Source of the DNA: Candidatus Blautia stercoripullorum
GTDB taxonomy: Bacteria > Bacillota > Clostridia > Lachnospirales > Lachnospiraceae
Direction: 5' to 3'
Length of the DNA: 64,000 nucleotides
Assembly: GCA_019120545.1 (NCBI GenBank)
Contig: DWUX01000197.1
Span: forward strand, 16,767 to 80,766
Part shown: positions 51,465-60,985 of the stretch, piece after piece
Position numbering within the stretch: position 1 is the stretch's first letter
Layout: every line of letters starts with the position of its first letter
The notes under the pieces: model-generated
What the model saw: only the letters and a program-made list of their open reading frames with translations
Told to the model about the DNA's origin: nothing
The model's database searches: none
Position numbers and translations under genes: made by a program

Positions 51465-51926
51465 ATGAGCGGTGATAAGGCACTAGGAAAGGTTCTTGCT
51501 ATTCTTTTATACAGGGAAAAGGGAATGCCGGGAAAATCAGTAAAATCTGTATTGGCGGAAGAAACCTGGGGCTTGGAAGGAGACTGGCATAAGGAGAACA
51601 AAGAGCGGCAGATCACAATTCTTCCACGGGAAGCCAGACAAGGGAATCAGGAGGGGTTCTGCCTGAAAAAATTTAAAGAAAATATCCAGACTACAGGTAT
51701 AGATTTTTCTCAGATCTGCCCGGGAGATCAGATCCGTATAGGGGAGACTGTCATCCAGGTCACCGGTACTCTGAAAAAATGCTATCCGGAAATCTGTTCC
51801 CTTGCCGCCCGTAAAGAACATTGTTCCCTGAAAGAACAATGCGTTTTCGGGATGATCCTCAGATCGGGAAGGATCTGTATAGGCGATGAAGTAGAAATAC
51901 TGGAAGACAGAGGATCCGGCAGGTAA
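51465..51926 (+). CDS. Second, divergent stand-alone MOSC domain protein
   Basis: GLEGDWH...RQIT, FKENI, GDQIRIG, KKCYPEIC and GRICIGD. Confidence 0.75.
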   Translation: MSGDKALGKVLAILLYREKGMPGKSVKSVLAEETWGLEGDWHKENKERQITILPREARQGNQEGFCLKKFKENIQTTGIDFSQICPGDQIRIGETVIQVTGTLKKCYPEICSLAARKEHCSLKEQCVFGMILRSGRICIGDEVEILEDRGSGR

Positions 51927-51952
51927 AATGACAGAAAATCCAGAGTTAAAAA

Positions 51953-51981
51953 TTGACAAGACCAGTCTATAGGTATATAAT
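51953..51981 (+). promoter_or_regulatory. SigmaA promoter of the rib operon
   Basis: Perfect TTGACA-N17-TATAAT. Confidence 0.9.
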
Positions 51982-51988
51982 ATAGAAA

Positions 51989-52097
51989 ATTCTTCAGGGC
52001 AGGGTGCAAGTCCCTACCGGTGGTAAAGCCCACGAGCCGCAAGGCATGATTCGGTGAAACTCCGAAGCCGACAGTATAGTCTGGATGAAAGAAGATT
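51989..52097 (+). promoter_or_regulatory. FMN riboswitch (RFN element)
   Basis: TCAGGGCAGGGTG..AGTCCCTACCGGTGGTAAAGCCCACGAGC...GATTCGGTGAAACTCCGAAGCCGACAGTATAGTCTGGATGAAAGAAG. Confidence 0.97.
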
Positions 52098-52144
52098 TGG
52101 CGTTTGATATTGTATATCTATATCTGTATATACCATGAAAGGTC

Positions 52145-52180
52145 AGGCTCTGAAATGGATTTCCATTTCAGAGCCTTTTG
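52145..52180 (+). terminator. FMN riboswitch attenuator terminator
   Basis: 14-bp perfect stem AGGCTCTGAAATGG/CCATTTCAGAGCCT followed by TTTG. Confidence 0.85.
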
Positions 52181-52318
52181 TATTTCACAATACATCGAGA
52201 AGAAGCAAATTCTTTTTAATATGCCTTTTGTCAAGTGTTTAAAAGTCCTGAAAAATTTTATCAGGGCTTTTTCTTTTATGCGATAAGCCCGATACAGAGA
52301 AATGAGGTGATAAGAAAC

Positions 52319-53440
52319 ATGTGTGCAGCACAGGAAGATGAAAAATTTATGAGAAGAGCCCTGGAACTGGCAAAGAAAGGAGAAGGCTGGGTTTCTCCCA
52401 ATCCTATGGTGGGAGCTGTCATCGTAAAAGACGGCCGGATCATCGGGGAAGGATGGCATGAAAAGTATGGTCAGCTCCATGCGGAGAGAAATGCTCTGGC
52501 TCACTGCATCCAGCCGCCAGAAGACGGGGTCATGTATGTAACTCTGGAACCCTGCTGCCATTATGGGAAACAGCCTCCCTGTACAGAGGCTATCCTGAAG
52601 GCCGGTATCCGGAAAGTAGTAGTGGGAGCAGGCGATCCCAATCCCCTGGTGGCAGGCAGGGGGCTGGAAATTCTCAGGCAGCATGGTATAGAGGTACAGG
52701 AACATGTGCTGGAAGAAGAATGCCGGGAGATCAACCAGGTATTTTTCCATTATATCCGGACAGGAACTCCCTATGTAGTGATGAAGTATGCCATGACCAT
52801 GGACGGAAAGATCGCCGCTTATACCGGAGCTTCCAAATGGATCACAGGAGAGGCAGCCAGAGCCCATGTCCAGAGCCTGCGGCATAAGTACAGGGGGATC
52901 ATGGCAGGAGTTGGAACTGTACTGGCGGACGATCCCCTTCTCACCTGCCGTATGGAAGGGGGAAGAAATCCTGTGCGGATCATCTGTGATACTCATCTTT
53001 CCACGCCTCTGGATTCCCGGATCCTGGAGACTGCCAAAGAGGCGGACACGATCCTGGCCATAGGAGAGAAGGTGGAAAGAGAAAGACAGATCCCTTATGA
53101 GGAAAAGGGCTGCACCCTGCTGGAGATTCCGGAGAAAGAGGGGAAGATCGACCTGTCTGTTCTCATGAAAGAGCTGGGAAAAAGGCAGATCGACAGCCTT
53201 CTCCTGGAAGGCGGCGGAAAGCTGAACTGGTCTGCTGTTCAGGCTGGGATCGTTCAGAAGGTCATGGCCTATATTGCCCCAAAGATCATAGGCGGGAGAG
53301 GTGCAAAAGGGCCTGTAGGGGGGCAGGGATATCCGGATCCCCAGGAATGCCTGTTCCTGAAGCCTGGAAAAATAAGCCGCCTGGGGGATGACTATCTGAT
53401 CGAAAGCGAGGTGGATGAGGATGTTCACAGGAATTGTTGA
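52319..53440 (+). CDS. ribD: Bifunctional riboflavin deaminase/reductase
   Basis: PNPMVGAV, HAE, TLEPCCH, KYAMTMDGK and LLEGGG. Confidence 0.96.
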   Translation: MCAAQEDEKFMRRALELAKKGEGWVSPNPMVGAVIVKDGRIIGEGWHEKYGQLHAERNALAHCIQPPEDGVMYVTLEPCCHYGKQPPCTEAILKAGIRKVVVGAGDPNPLVAGRGLEILRQHGIEVQEHVLEEECREINQVFFHYIRTGTPYVVMKYAMTMDGKIAAYTGASKWITGEAARAHVQSLRHKYRGIMAGVGTVLADDPLLTCRMEGGRNPVRIICDTHLSTPLDSRILETAKEADTILAIGEKVERERQIPYEEKGCTLLEIPEKEGKIDLSVLMKELGKRQIDSLLLEGGGKLNWSAVQAGIVQKVMAYIAPKIIGGRGAKGPVGGQGYPDPQECLFLKPGKISRLGDDYLIESEVDEDVHRNC

Positions 53441-54083
53441 AGAAATGGGAATTATCCGGGGAATCCGAAAAAACCGGGAATCCGCGGTGGTGTCTGTGAA
53501 GGCGGAAAAAGTCCTGGAAGATCTGAAGATCGGGGACAGCGTGGCGGTGAACGGGGTCTGTCTTACTGTGGTAGAATTTTTCCCCGGCGGATTTGGAGCG
53601 GATGTGATGCATGAGACTCTGGACCGGTCCACTTTGGGCAGTCTGAAACCTGGAAGCCGGGTAAACCTGGAGCGGGCTATGGCTGCCGGCGGACGCTTTG
53701 GCGGACATATTGTAGCGGGACATGTGGACGGACGAGGCGCTGTCCGAAAGATCAAGAGAGATGACAATGCCCTCTGGTATACCATTGCAGCGGATAGGGA
53801 AATCCTCCGTTATGTAGTGGAGAAAGGCTCCATTGCCATAGACGGGATCAGCCTGACGGTGGCAAAAGTTTCTGAAGATAGTTTTCAGGTTTCTGTGATC
53901 CCTCACACCGCCCGGGAAACAGTCCTGCAGGAACGAAAGCCGGGAGATCAGGTGAATCTGGAAACCGATGTGATCGGAAAATATGTGGAAAGGTTCCTGA
54001 CATTTCCGGCTCAGACAGATAAGAAAGAAAATACAGCCGGAGCAGGAATTACCATGGAAATGCTGAGAAAATATGGATTTTAA
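53421..54083 (+). CDS. ribE: Riboflavin synthase (alpha chain)
   Basis: MFTGIVEE N-terminus, [10 protein letters not shown] and VNLETD. Confidence 0.96.
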   Translation: MFTGIVEEMGIIRGIRKNRESAVVSVKAEKVLEDLKIGDSVAVNGVCLTVVEFFPGGFGADVMHETLDRSTLGSLKPGSRVNLERAMAAGGRFGGHIVAGHVDGRGAVRKIKRDDNALWYTIAADREILRYVVEKGSIAIDGISLTVAKVSEDSFQVSVIPHTARETVLQERKPGDQVNLETDVIGKYVERFLTFPAQTDKKENTAGAGITMEMLRKYGF

Positions 54084-54097
54084 GGAGAGTGAGAATA

Positions 54098-55297
54098 ATG
54101 CCGAAATTTCAGAGGATAGAAGAAGGGCTGGAGGCCCTGAAAAAAGGCGGTCTGATACTGGTCACAGATGATCCGGACAGGGAGAATGAAGGAGATCTGA
54201 TCTGTGCCGCCCAGTTTGCCACTACAGAGAATGTAAACTTTATGGCTACTTATGGGAAAGGACTGATCTGTATGCCGATGACGGAGGAATATGTGAAAAA
54301 GCTTCAGATCCCTCAGATGGTGTCTCAGAATACAGATAACCATGAGACGGCGTTTACCGTATCCATTGATCATGTAAGCACCACCACAGGGATTTCCGCG
54401 GCAGAGCGGTCTGTAACTGCCATGAAGTGTGTGGAAGAAGATGCAAAGCCGGAAGATTTCCGCCGCCCCGGCCATATGTTTCCACTGCTGGCTAAGAAAA
54501 ACGGCGTCCTGGAGAGAAACGGCCACACGGAAGCTACCGTAGACCTTCTCCGGCTGGCGGGACTTAAGACCTGTGGTCTGTGCTGTGAGATCATGAGAGA
54601 AGACGGGACCATGATGCGGACTTCAGAGCTGGCTCATATGGCCAGGAAGTGGAAAATCCCGTTTCTTACCATAAAGGATCTTCAGAATTACCGGAAACGC
54701 CACGAAAAACTGGTGGAGCAGGTGACTAAGACAGATATGCCTACCAGATACGGACATTTTACCGCTTACGGCTATGTAAATAAGTTGAATGGGGAACATC
54801 ATGTGGCCCTTGTGAAAGGTGAAGTGGGAGAGGGAGAAAACCTTCTGTGCAGGGTTCACTCTGAGTGTCTTACAGGGGATACCTTTGGCTCTCTCCGCTG
54901 CGACTGCGGCCAGCAGCTTCACGCGGCTATGAGGCAGATCGAAGAAGAAGGAAGAGGCATCCTCCTTTACATGCGCCAGGAAGGCAGGGGCATCGGACTG
55001 ATCAACAAGCTTCGTGCCTATGAACTGCAGGAACAGGGAATGGATACCCTGGAAGCCAATCTCGCTCTGGGATTTAAAGGGGATGAAAGGGAGTATTATA
55101 TCGGAGCCCAGATCCTCAGGGATCTTGGGGCGAAAACTCTCCGGCTTCTCACGAATAATCCGGATAAGGTATACCAGCTTCAGGATTTCGGTATGGAGAT
55201 CCTGGAAAGAGTGCCTATCCAGGCTCCGGCAAATCCTCATGATATCCGGTATCTGAGGACTAAGCAGAACAGAATGGGACATCTGCTGAAATATTAA
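54098..55297 (+). CDS. ribBA: DHBP synthase / GTP cyclohydrolase II
   Basis: [35 protein letters not shown] and QEGRGIG. Confidence 0.96.
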   Translation: MPKFQRIEEGLEALKKGGLILVTDDPDRENEGDLICAAQFATTENVNFMATYGKGLICMPMTEEYVKKLQIPQMVSQNTDNHETAFTVSIDHVSTTTGISAAERSVTAMKCVEEDAKPEDFRRPGHMFPLLAKKNGVLERNGHTEATVDLLRLAGLKTCGLCCEIMREDGTMMRTSELAHMARKWKIPFLTIKDLQNYRKRHEKLVEQVTKTDMPTRYGHFTAYGYVNKLNGEHHVALVKGEVGEGENLLCRVHSECLTGDTFGSLRCDCGQQLHAAMRQIEEEGRGILLYMRQEGRGIGLINKLRAYELQEQGMDTLEANLALGFKGDEREYYIGAQILRDLGAKTLRLLTNNPDKVYQLQDFGMEILERVPIQAPANPHDIRYLRTKQNRMGHLLKY

Positions 55298-55378
55298 AGC
55301 AATACAGGAAAGAGATTTTGCTTAGTTATTTACCAAACGCTGTACGAATATAATTGAAGTTTTAAGGAGGATTACAGT

Positions 55379-55849
55379 ATGAAAACATTTGAAGGAAAAT
55401 TAGTATCTGAGGATATTAAAGTAGGGATCATTGTAGCCAGATTTAATGAATTTATCACTTCCAAGTTATTAAGCGGGGCTTTGGATACTCTTACCCGCCA
55501 TGAGGTAAAAGAGGAAAATATCCAGGTGGCCTGGGTGCCGGGAGCTTTTGAGATCCCTCTTATTGCCTCGAAAATGGCAGAAAGCGGCAAATATGACGCG
55601 GTGATCTGCCTGGGTGCCGTGATCAGAGGAAGCACCAGCCACTATGATTATGTGTGCAGCGAAGTTTCCAAAGGGATCGCTTCTGTATCCTTAAAAAGCG
55701 GCATTCCTGTGATGTTCGGGGTACTTACCACTGAAAACATTGAGCAGGCTATTGAGAGGGCCGGTTCTAAGGCAGGAAATAAAGGTTCTGAGTGCGCCCA
55801 GGGAGCTATCGAGATGGTAAACCTGATCCGGGAGATCCAGAAAGGTTAA
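55379..55849 (+). CDS. ribH: 6,7-dimethyl-8-ribityllumazine synthase
   Basis: [25 protein letters not shown] and EQAIERAG. Confidence 0.97.
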   Translation: MKTFEGKLVSEDIKVGIIVARFNEFITSKLLSGALDTLTRHEVKEENIQVAWVPGAFEIPLIASKMAESGKYDAVICLGAVIRGSTSHYDYVCSEVSKGIASVSLKSGIPVMFGVLTTENIEQAIERAGSKAGNKGSECAQGAIEMVNLIREIQKG

Positions 55850-55927
55850 AAGATTCTCGATTTTGATTTGCGACAGCTCCCTCTTTTTCTGTAAAAAACA
55901 CAAGATCTTGGTTTTTACTGTTGCAAA

Positions 55928-55974
55928 CACCTAAATATTGTGCTAATATCAGATTTGCATACAAAATATTGTGG
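55928..55974. promoter_or_regulatory. Tandem NrdR boxes
   Basis: CACCTAAATATTGTGC (55928-55943) and ATACAAAATATTGTGG (55959-55974) match acaCwAtATaTwGtg, are 31 bp apart, and abut the nrdJ RBS. Confidence 0.85.
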
Positions 55975-55983
55975 AGGTGTAAC

Positions 55984-58131
55984 ATGACAGAAAAGGAATG
56001 GCTGGGGGAGGAGAACCAGCTTGGAATGGATATCTGGACAAGAAAATATCAGAATCAGGGGGAAAGCTTTGAAGAATGGCTTACTAGAGTTACCGGGGGA
56101 AATGAAGAAATGGCCGGGTATATCCGGGAGAAAAAATTTCTTTACGGCGGAAGGATCCTGTCTAACAGAGGTCTTTATAAGGAAGGCAGAAAAGTGACTT
56201 ACTCCAACTGCTACGTGATCACGCCCCCGGAGGACAATATAGAAAGCATCTTCGACTGCGCGAAAAAACTGGCCAGGACTTACAGCTATGGAGGGGGCTG
56301 CGGTATTGATATTTCCGGACTTGCTCCCAAAGGGGCCAGGATCAACAACGCAGCCAAAGAGACTACCGGCTCCGTATCTTTTATGGAACTGTATTCTTTG
56401 GTCACAGGTCTGATCGGTCAGAACGGCAGAAGAGGAGCTCTGATGATCTCTCTGGACTGTTCCCACCCGGATGTGCCGGATTTTATAGAGCTGAAGACAG
56501 ATCTGGAGAAGGTGACAAAGGCAAACATATCTCTGCGTATCCATAAGGATTTTATGGAGGCAGTGAAAAATGATCAGGAATATATGCTCTACTATACCAG
56601 AGAGACTACAGGGGAAGTCATTGAGAAAAAGGTAAAGGCCAGAGAGCTGTTTCGGAAGATCACAGATACAAACTGGGACTATGCTGAGCCGGGAGCGCTG
56701 TTCTGGGACCGGATCACCGGCTGGAGTCTTCTGAGCAATACAGATACCTTTACATACGCCGGCGTAAATCCCTGTGCAGAGGAACCTCTTCCTGCCGGAG
56801 GCAGCTGTCTCCTGGGCAGTATAAATCTTTCTGCTTTTGTCCGGGATCCTTTTTCGGAACATTCCTATTTTGATTTTGACGGACTGAAAGCCTGCGTAAA
56901 GGCTGCAGTGAAAGCCTTGAATGAAGTCCTGGATGAGGGCCTGCCCCTCCATCCTCTGGAAGAACAGAGAGAAAGTGTCCGGCAGTGGCGGCAGATCGGT
57001 CTGGGCATCATGGGACTGGCAGACGCTTTGATCAAGCTGGGACTTACCTATGGAGAAGAAGAGGCAGTAGCTATGTGTGACAGGATCGGATTTGCCATGG
57101 CGGATACGGCTATCGCAGCTTCTGCGCTTCTGGCAAAAGAGGAGGGGGCTTATCCTATGTGCAATATCGGGCAGGTAATGGAGACTCCTTATTTCCAGGC
57201 AAATACCACAGAGAAGACCAGAGAACTGGTGAAAAAATACGGGTTGAGAAACTCCCAGCTCCTGACTATAGCGCCAACAGGGACTCTTTCCACCATGCTG
57301 GGGATCTCCGGGGGGATCGAGCCTATCTACGCCAATTATTATATGCGCAAGACGGAATCTCTCCACGGCACAGATGTCTATTATAAAGTTTATACCAAGA
57401 TCGTGGAAAATTATATGAAGCAGCACAATATAGAGGAGGATAAAGATCTGCCGGAATATTTTGTCACCGCCATGACCCTGGATTACCGTCAGAGGATCAA
57501 CATGCAGGCTGCATGGCAGGAACATATTGACGCCTCCATCAGTTCCACAGTAAACGTGCCAAACAGTTTTACAAAAGAAGAGACAGAGAACCTGTATCTA
57601 TACGCCTATGAAAAAGGGCTGAAAGGGATCACTATCTTCCGGGACGGCTGCAGGAGAGTAGGGATCCTGAATACCCAGATGAAAGAAGAAAAGAAAGAAG
57701 TGACTCCCGGAGAGGGGCTGAAAAGAGGAGAGATCCTTCTGGTCAGCGATGATGTGATCGGAAAGAAGCGGAAGCTGATCACCGGCTGCGGAAGTCTTCA
57801 CTGTATCGCCCTTTTTGATCCTCATACAGGAGCGCTGTTAGAAACTTATCTCAGCAAAGGTTCTACAGGCGGCTGCAATAACTTTATGGTAGGTCTTTCC
57901 AGGATGATCTCCATATCCGCAAGAGGAGGGATCAGCATTGAGACTATTGTGGATCAGCTGAATTCCAGCGGTTCCTGCCCTTCCTATACAGCCAGAAAAG
58001 TCACCAGAGGGGATACCAGCAAGGGCTCCTGCTGTCCTATGGCAGTGGGAAACGCTTTAATGGATATGTACCGGGAGATGCAGGAGGAACTGAAAGAGAG
58101 AAAAGCGGAGCAGGAGAAGAGAAATTCCTGA
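55984..58131 (+). CDS. nrdJ: Class II (adenosylcobalamin-dependent) ribonucleotide reductase with C-terminal TSCPD-type domain
   Basis: GGRILSNRG, NCYV, NPCAEEPL, CLLGSINL, IAPTGT and KGITIFRDG. C-terminal Cys-rich GCGSL...CPS...SCC domain. Confidence 0.92.
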   Translation: MTEKEWLGEENQLGMDIWTRKYQNQGESFEEWLTRVTGGNEEMAGYIREKKFLYGGRILSNRGLYKEGRKVTYSNCYVITPPEDNIESIFDCAKKLARTYSYGGGCGIDISGLAPKGARINNAAKETTGSVSFMELYSLVTGLIGQNGRRGALMISLDCSHPDVPDFIELKTDLEKVTKANISLRIHKDFMEAVKNDQEYMLYYTRETTGEVIEKKVKARELFRKITDTNWDYAEPGALFWDRITGWSLLSNTDTFTYAGVNPCAEEPLPAGGSCLLGSINLSAFVRDPFSEHSYFDFDGLKACVKAAVKALNEVLDEGLPLHPLEEQRESVRQWRQIGLGIMGLADALIKLGLTYGEEEAVAMCDRIGFAMADTAIAASALLAKEEGAYPMCNIGQVMETPYFQANTTEKTRELVKKYGLRNSQLLTIAPTGTLSTMLGISGGIEPIYANYYMRKTESLHGTDVYYKVYTKIVENYMKQHNIEEDKDLPEYFVTAMTLDYRQRINMQAAWQEHIDASISSTVNVPNSFTKEETENLYLYAYEKGLKGITIFRDGCRRVGILNTQMKEEKKEVTPGEGLKRGEILLVSDDVIGKKRKLITGCGSLHCIALFDPHTGALLETYLSKGSTGGCNNFMVGLSRMISISARGGISIETIVDQLNSSGSCPSYTARKVTRGDTSKGSCCPMAVGNALMDMYREMQEELKERKAEQEKRNS

Positions 58132-58150
58132 GAAAGAGGAGTAAAAAGTT

Positions 58151-58825
58151 ATGGAAAAAAAGATGATTCTGTCCTGCCCTACACTGAAGAAGGAACTTTT
58201 GAAAGCAGCGGAGGAGGCAGGATTTCAGGGAGAGATCCGCTTTATCCCTCAAAGTCTCCACAGCAGCCCTATGGAGCTGCAGAAGTATCTTCAGAATATG
58301 ATCGATCAAATGGAAGATATGGCGGAAATTCTGCTATGTGTCTCCGGCTGCGGAGGAGCGACTGCCGGTCTTAAGGCCGTACATGCTCTGCTGGTCGTAC
58401 CTAAGACCAGAGACTGTGTGGATATTCTCCTGTCCGGGGAGAATCTGAAAGAGCTTAAAAGACCAAAGGACGGATTTTTCCTCAGCCACGGCTGGATGGA
58501 GTATATGAAAAATTCACGCCTGGATCTGAACCGGATTTTGGCAGAGAAAGGTCCGGAAGCTACAGAGGAATATATGAGGACCATGTTCCGGGGCTTTGAA
58601 AACTTTTATATCATCGATACAGGTATCTATCCCCTGGAAGAAATAGAGGCGTATATACAGCCCCTGGCGGATATGATCGATGGAAGGATTTCCAAAGTCC
58701 GGGGCGACTGGGGGATCCTGAAGAAAATGGCGGCAGGAAAGATCGACGATGACTTTCTGGTGGCAAAAAAAGGTGAAACCGTCAAGGAGATCCTGCAGAG
58801 AGAAAGGCATACGAAATCATTTTGA
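58151..58825 (+). CDS. DUF1638 domain protein
   Basis: ILSCPTL...LHSSP..LQ, SGCGG, DCVDILL, FFLSHGW and YIIDTG. Confidence 0.78.
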   Translation: MEKKMILSCPTLKKELLKAAEEAGFQGEIRFIPQSLHSSPMELQKYLQNMIDQMEDMAEILLCVSGCGGATAGLKAVHALLVVPKTRDCVDILLSGENLKELKRPKDGFFLSHGWMEYMKNSRLDLNRILAEKGPEATEEYMRTMFRGFENFYIIDTGIYPLEEIEAYIQPLADMIDGRISKVRGDWGILKKMAAGKIDDDFLVAKKGETVKEILQRERHTKSF

Positions 58826-58894
58826 CCAGGGTTATACAGCTATGCTATACTATCCGTAAAGTGGTATAATGGCACTATAAAAAGGAGTGATCTT

Positions 58895-59110
58895 ATGAGC
58901 AATAAAGAAAAAATCATAACGCTGCTGGAGGATGTACCTGAATACAAATTGGGATATATACTGGCCTATATACAGGGAATTACTGCTGATGATGAAAATG
59001 ACGATTTATACTGCAGAAAATTAGCAGAAAGTTACTTAAATGATCCTAAAAGCGAGCAGGAGGAGACCTATACTCTTGAAGAATGTAAAAAAGAGTGGGG
59101 GCTTGATTAA
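58895..59110 (+). CDS. Putative type II antitoxin
   Basis: 71 aa, acidic, with GGAG RBS and ending in YTLEECKKEWGLD. Sits 2 nt upstream of the RelE-like toxin. Confidence 0.7.
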   Translation: MSNKEKIITLLEDVPEYKLGYILAYIQGITADDENDDLYCRKLAESYLNDPKSEQEETYTLEECKKEWGLD

Positions 59111-59112
59111 GT

Positions 59113-59364
59113 TTGTATAAGATAATCTTAAAAAAGAGGGCAAAAAAATTTATTGACCGATTACCTCAAACAGAGAGAAAACGGTTGGTATCAGCGATTG
59201 AACTTCTGCCTAAAGGGGATGATATTAAGCCGCTGAAGGGATATAAAAATCTCTTTAGGTTACGAGTCGGAGATTACAGGGTTATTTATACGATTGATAA
59301 CGGTGAACTGTTAATTATGGTCATTGATGTGGGCAACAGAGGAGATATTTATAAAAGATATTAG
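59113..59364 (+). CDS. relE: RelE/ParE family toxin
   Basis: 83 aa, basic. AKKFIDRL, DIKPLKG, FRLRVGDYRVIY and VIDVGNRGDIYK. Confidence 0.9.
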   Translation: MYKIILKKRAKKFIDRLPQTERKRLVSAIELLPKGDDIKPLKGYKNLFRLRVGDYRVIYTIDNGELLIMVIDVGNRGDIYKRY

Positions 59365-59465
59365 TGATCAATACTTTAAAGAGGTCCTGAAAAAAGAAAG
59401 AGCCTCTTGTAATCTGCAGAAAACTGTGATAGAGTACATGTTGACAATATTAATATGATGAAAAT

Positions 59466-59645
59466 CGGCAGAGTGGAAGAGGCTGCGTCAATACACAGCA
59501 GCCTGTTCTGAAAAGGGAACGGGGTGAGAATCCCCGACGGTCCGGCCACTGTAAACCGGGAGTCTGTCTTTAAAGGCCATTGCGCAGAAGCGTGAGAAGG
59601 CAAAGACAGATGAAGATCGGTAAGTCAGGAGACCTGCTTTGCCAG
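59466..59645 (+). promoter_or_regulatory. Cobalamin riboswitch
   Basis: AAAGGGAACGGGGTGAGAATCCCCGACGG, GCCACTGTAA and AAGTCAGGAGACCTG (B12 box), with a closing stem GGCAGAG/CTTTGCC. Confidence 0.93.
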
Positions 59646-59738
59646 ATAAGATGAGGCTTCCGAGTAAAGTGACCATCTGTAAAGATACAGACTGAAAAGG
59701 GGTTATTCCCTTTATGAGATAAATGGATTTTAGACGAA

Positions 59739-59774
59739 AGAAGCCTGCTGGATAAAAAGCGGGCTTTTTCTTTT
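59739..59774 (+). terminator. Cobalamin riboswitch attenuator terminator
   Basis: AAGCCTGCT-N8-AGCGGGCTT followed by TTTCTTTT. Confidence 0.8.
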
Positions 59775-59854
59775 GCTTTTTCCGTTTTTCAGATCTGGCA
59801 CTGGGAAACTTCATTTCATCACAGCTTTGGAATACTGAAAGGAGCGTAAAGGAA

Positions 59855-60970
59855 ATGAAGAACAAAGCAGTAACAAAGAAAGTGCTGGCAGTGATCCTTG
59901 CCGCAGGAATGACCGTAAGTATGGGAGCCTGTGCAGGCAGCGACAGCGGAAACAACAGCGGTGACAGCGGACGGATCAGTTCGGAGAGTGTGGTAGAGGA
60001 TAATCAGGCCGCAGAGGATACTTCCGGTACCCAGGCAGAAGAGACGGAAACAGAAAGCGCCAAAAGGACAGAGTACCCGTTGACCATTACCAGCTATGGA
60101 CCGGACGGAGAGGAATATACCACCGTCTATGAAGAAGCGCCTCAGAAAGTAGTGGCCGTATATCAGGGATGCGTGGAGACTATGCTGGCCCTGGGCCTGG
60201 AAGATCATCTGATAGCCACTGCCGGCCTGGATAATGAAGTCCCGGATGACCAGAAAGCAGCCTTTTCCCAGGTGGATTATCTGGATGAATTTACCCCTTC
60301 CAAAGAGACGGTGACTATGCTGGAGCCGGATATGATCTTTTCCTGGGTATCCCTTTTTGACTCTGACACCCTGGGAGCTCCCCAGGAATGGGAGGATAAG
60401 GGAACCCATGTGTATATCAATACCAATACGGCGGTAAAAGAAGATTCTCTGGAAAATGAGTACAACGACATTCTGAACATCGGCAAGATCTTTGACGTCC
60501 AGGACCGGGCGGAAGCACTGGTCAACAATATGAAAGAAACGATCACCAGTGTGACAGAGAAGACAGCAGACCAGGAAGATAAGCCTACCGTTATGGTGGT
60601 GGAGAGCATGAACGATACTTTCACCAATTATGGAGCTTCCAGCGTAGCCGGCGATATGGTAACCCAGCTTGGAGGAACCCTGCTGAATCCGGATGCCTCT
60701 TCTGTGGGAAAAGAAGATCTTGTGGCGGCAGATCCGGACGTGATCTTTGTAGTTTATATGCCCTATACCGGCGATGATCCGGAGACTGTAAAGCAGGAAA
60801 ATCTGGACAAGATCCTGGAAGACGAAGCTCTTGCCAGCCTCAGCGCCGTACAGAATGGCCGGGTTGTGCCTATCATGCTCAGTGAAATGTACGCCAGTGC
60901 CACCAGAACCCAGGACGGCATTGAGACTATCGCAAAGGGACTGTACCCGGATCTGGATCTAGGCGAATAA
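59855..60970 (+). CDS. ABC substrate-binding lipoprotein, probable cobalamin/corrinoid (BtuF-like)
   Basis: Lipobox MGAC, class III SBP motifs (PQKVVAV, PSKETVTMLEPD, SAVQNGRV), and position directly under a B12 riboswitch. Confidence 0.8.
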   Translation: MKNKAVTKKVLAVILAAGMTVSMGACAGSDSGNNSGDSGRISSESVVEDNQAAEDTSGTQAEETETESAKRTEYPLTITSYGPDGEEYTTVYEEAPQKVVAVYQGCVETMLALGLEDHLIATAGLDNEVPDDQKAAFSQVDYLDEFTPSKETVTMLEPDMIFSWVSLFDSDTLGAPQEWEDKGTHVYINTNTAVKEDSLENEYNDILNIGKIFDVQDRAEALVNNMKETITSVTEKTADQEDKPTVMVVESMNDTFTNYGASSVAGDMVTQLGGTLLNPDASSVGKEDLVAADPDVIFVVYMPYTGDDPETVKQENLDKILEDEALASLSAVQNGRVVPIMLSEMYASATRTQDGIETIAKGLYPDLDLGE

Positions 60971-60985
60971 AAGGAGCTGCAGGCG

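Noticed and set aside
52118-53785. 555-aa minus-strand ORF
   Set aside because: It is an antisense shadow of ribD/ribE and overlaps the FMN leader. It has no recognisable motifs, and the composition is typical of reverse-frame text.
55915-57525. 536-aa minus-strand ORF
   Set aside because: It is an antisense shadow of nrdJ, with no RBS or domain motifs.
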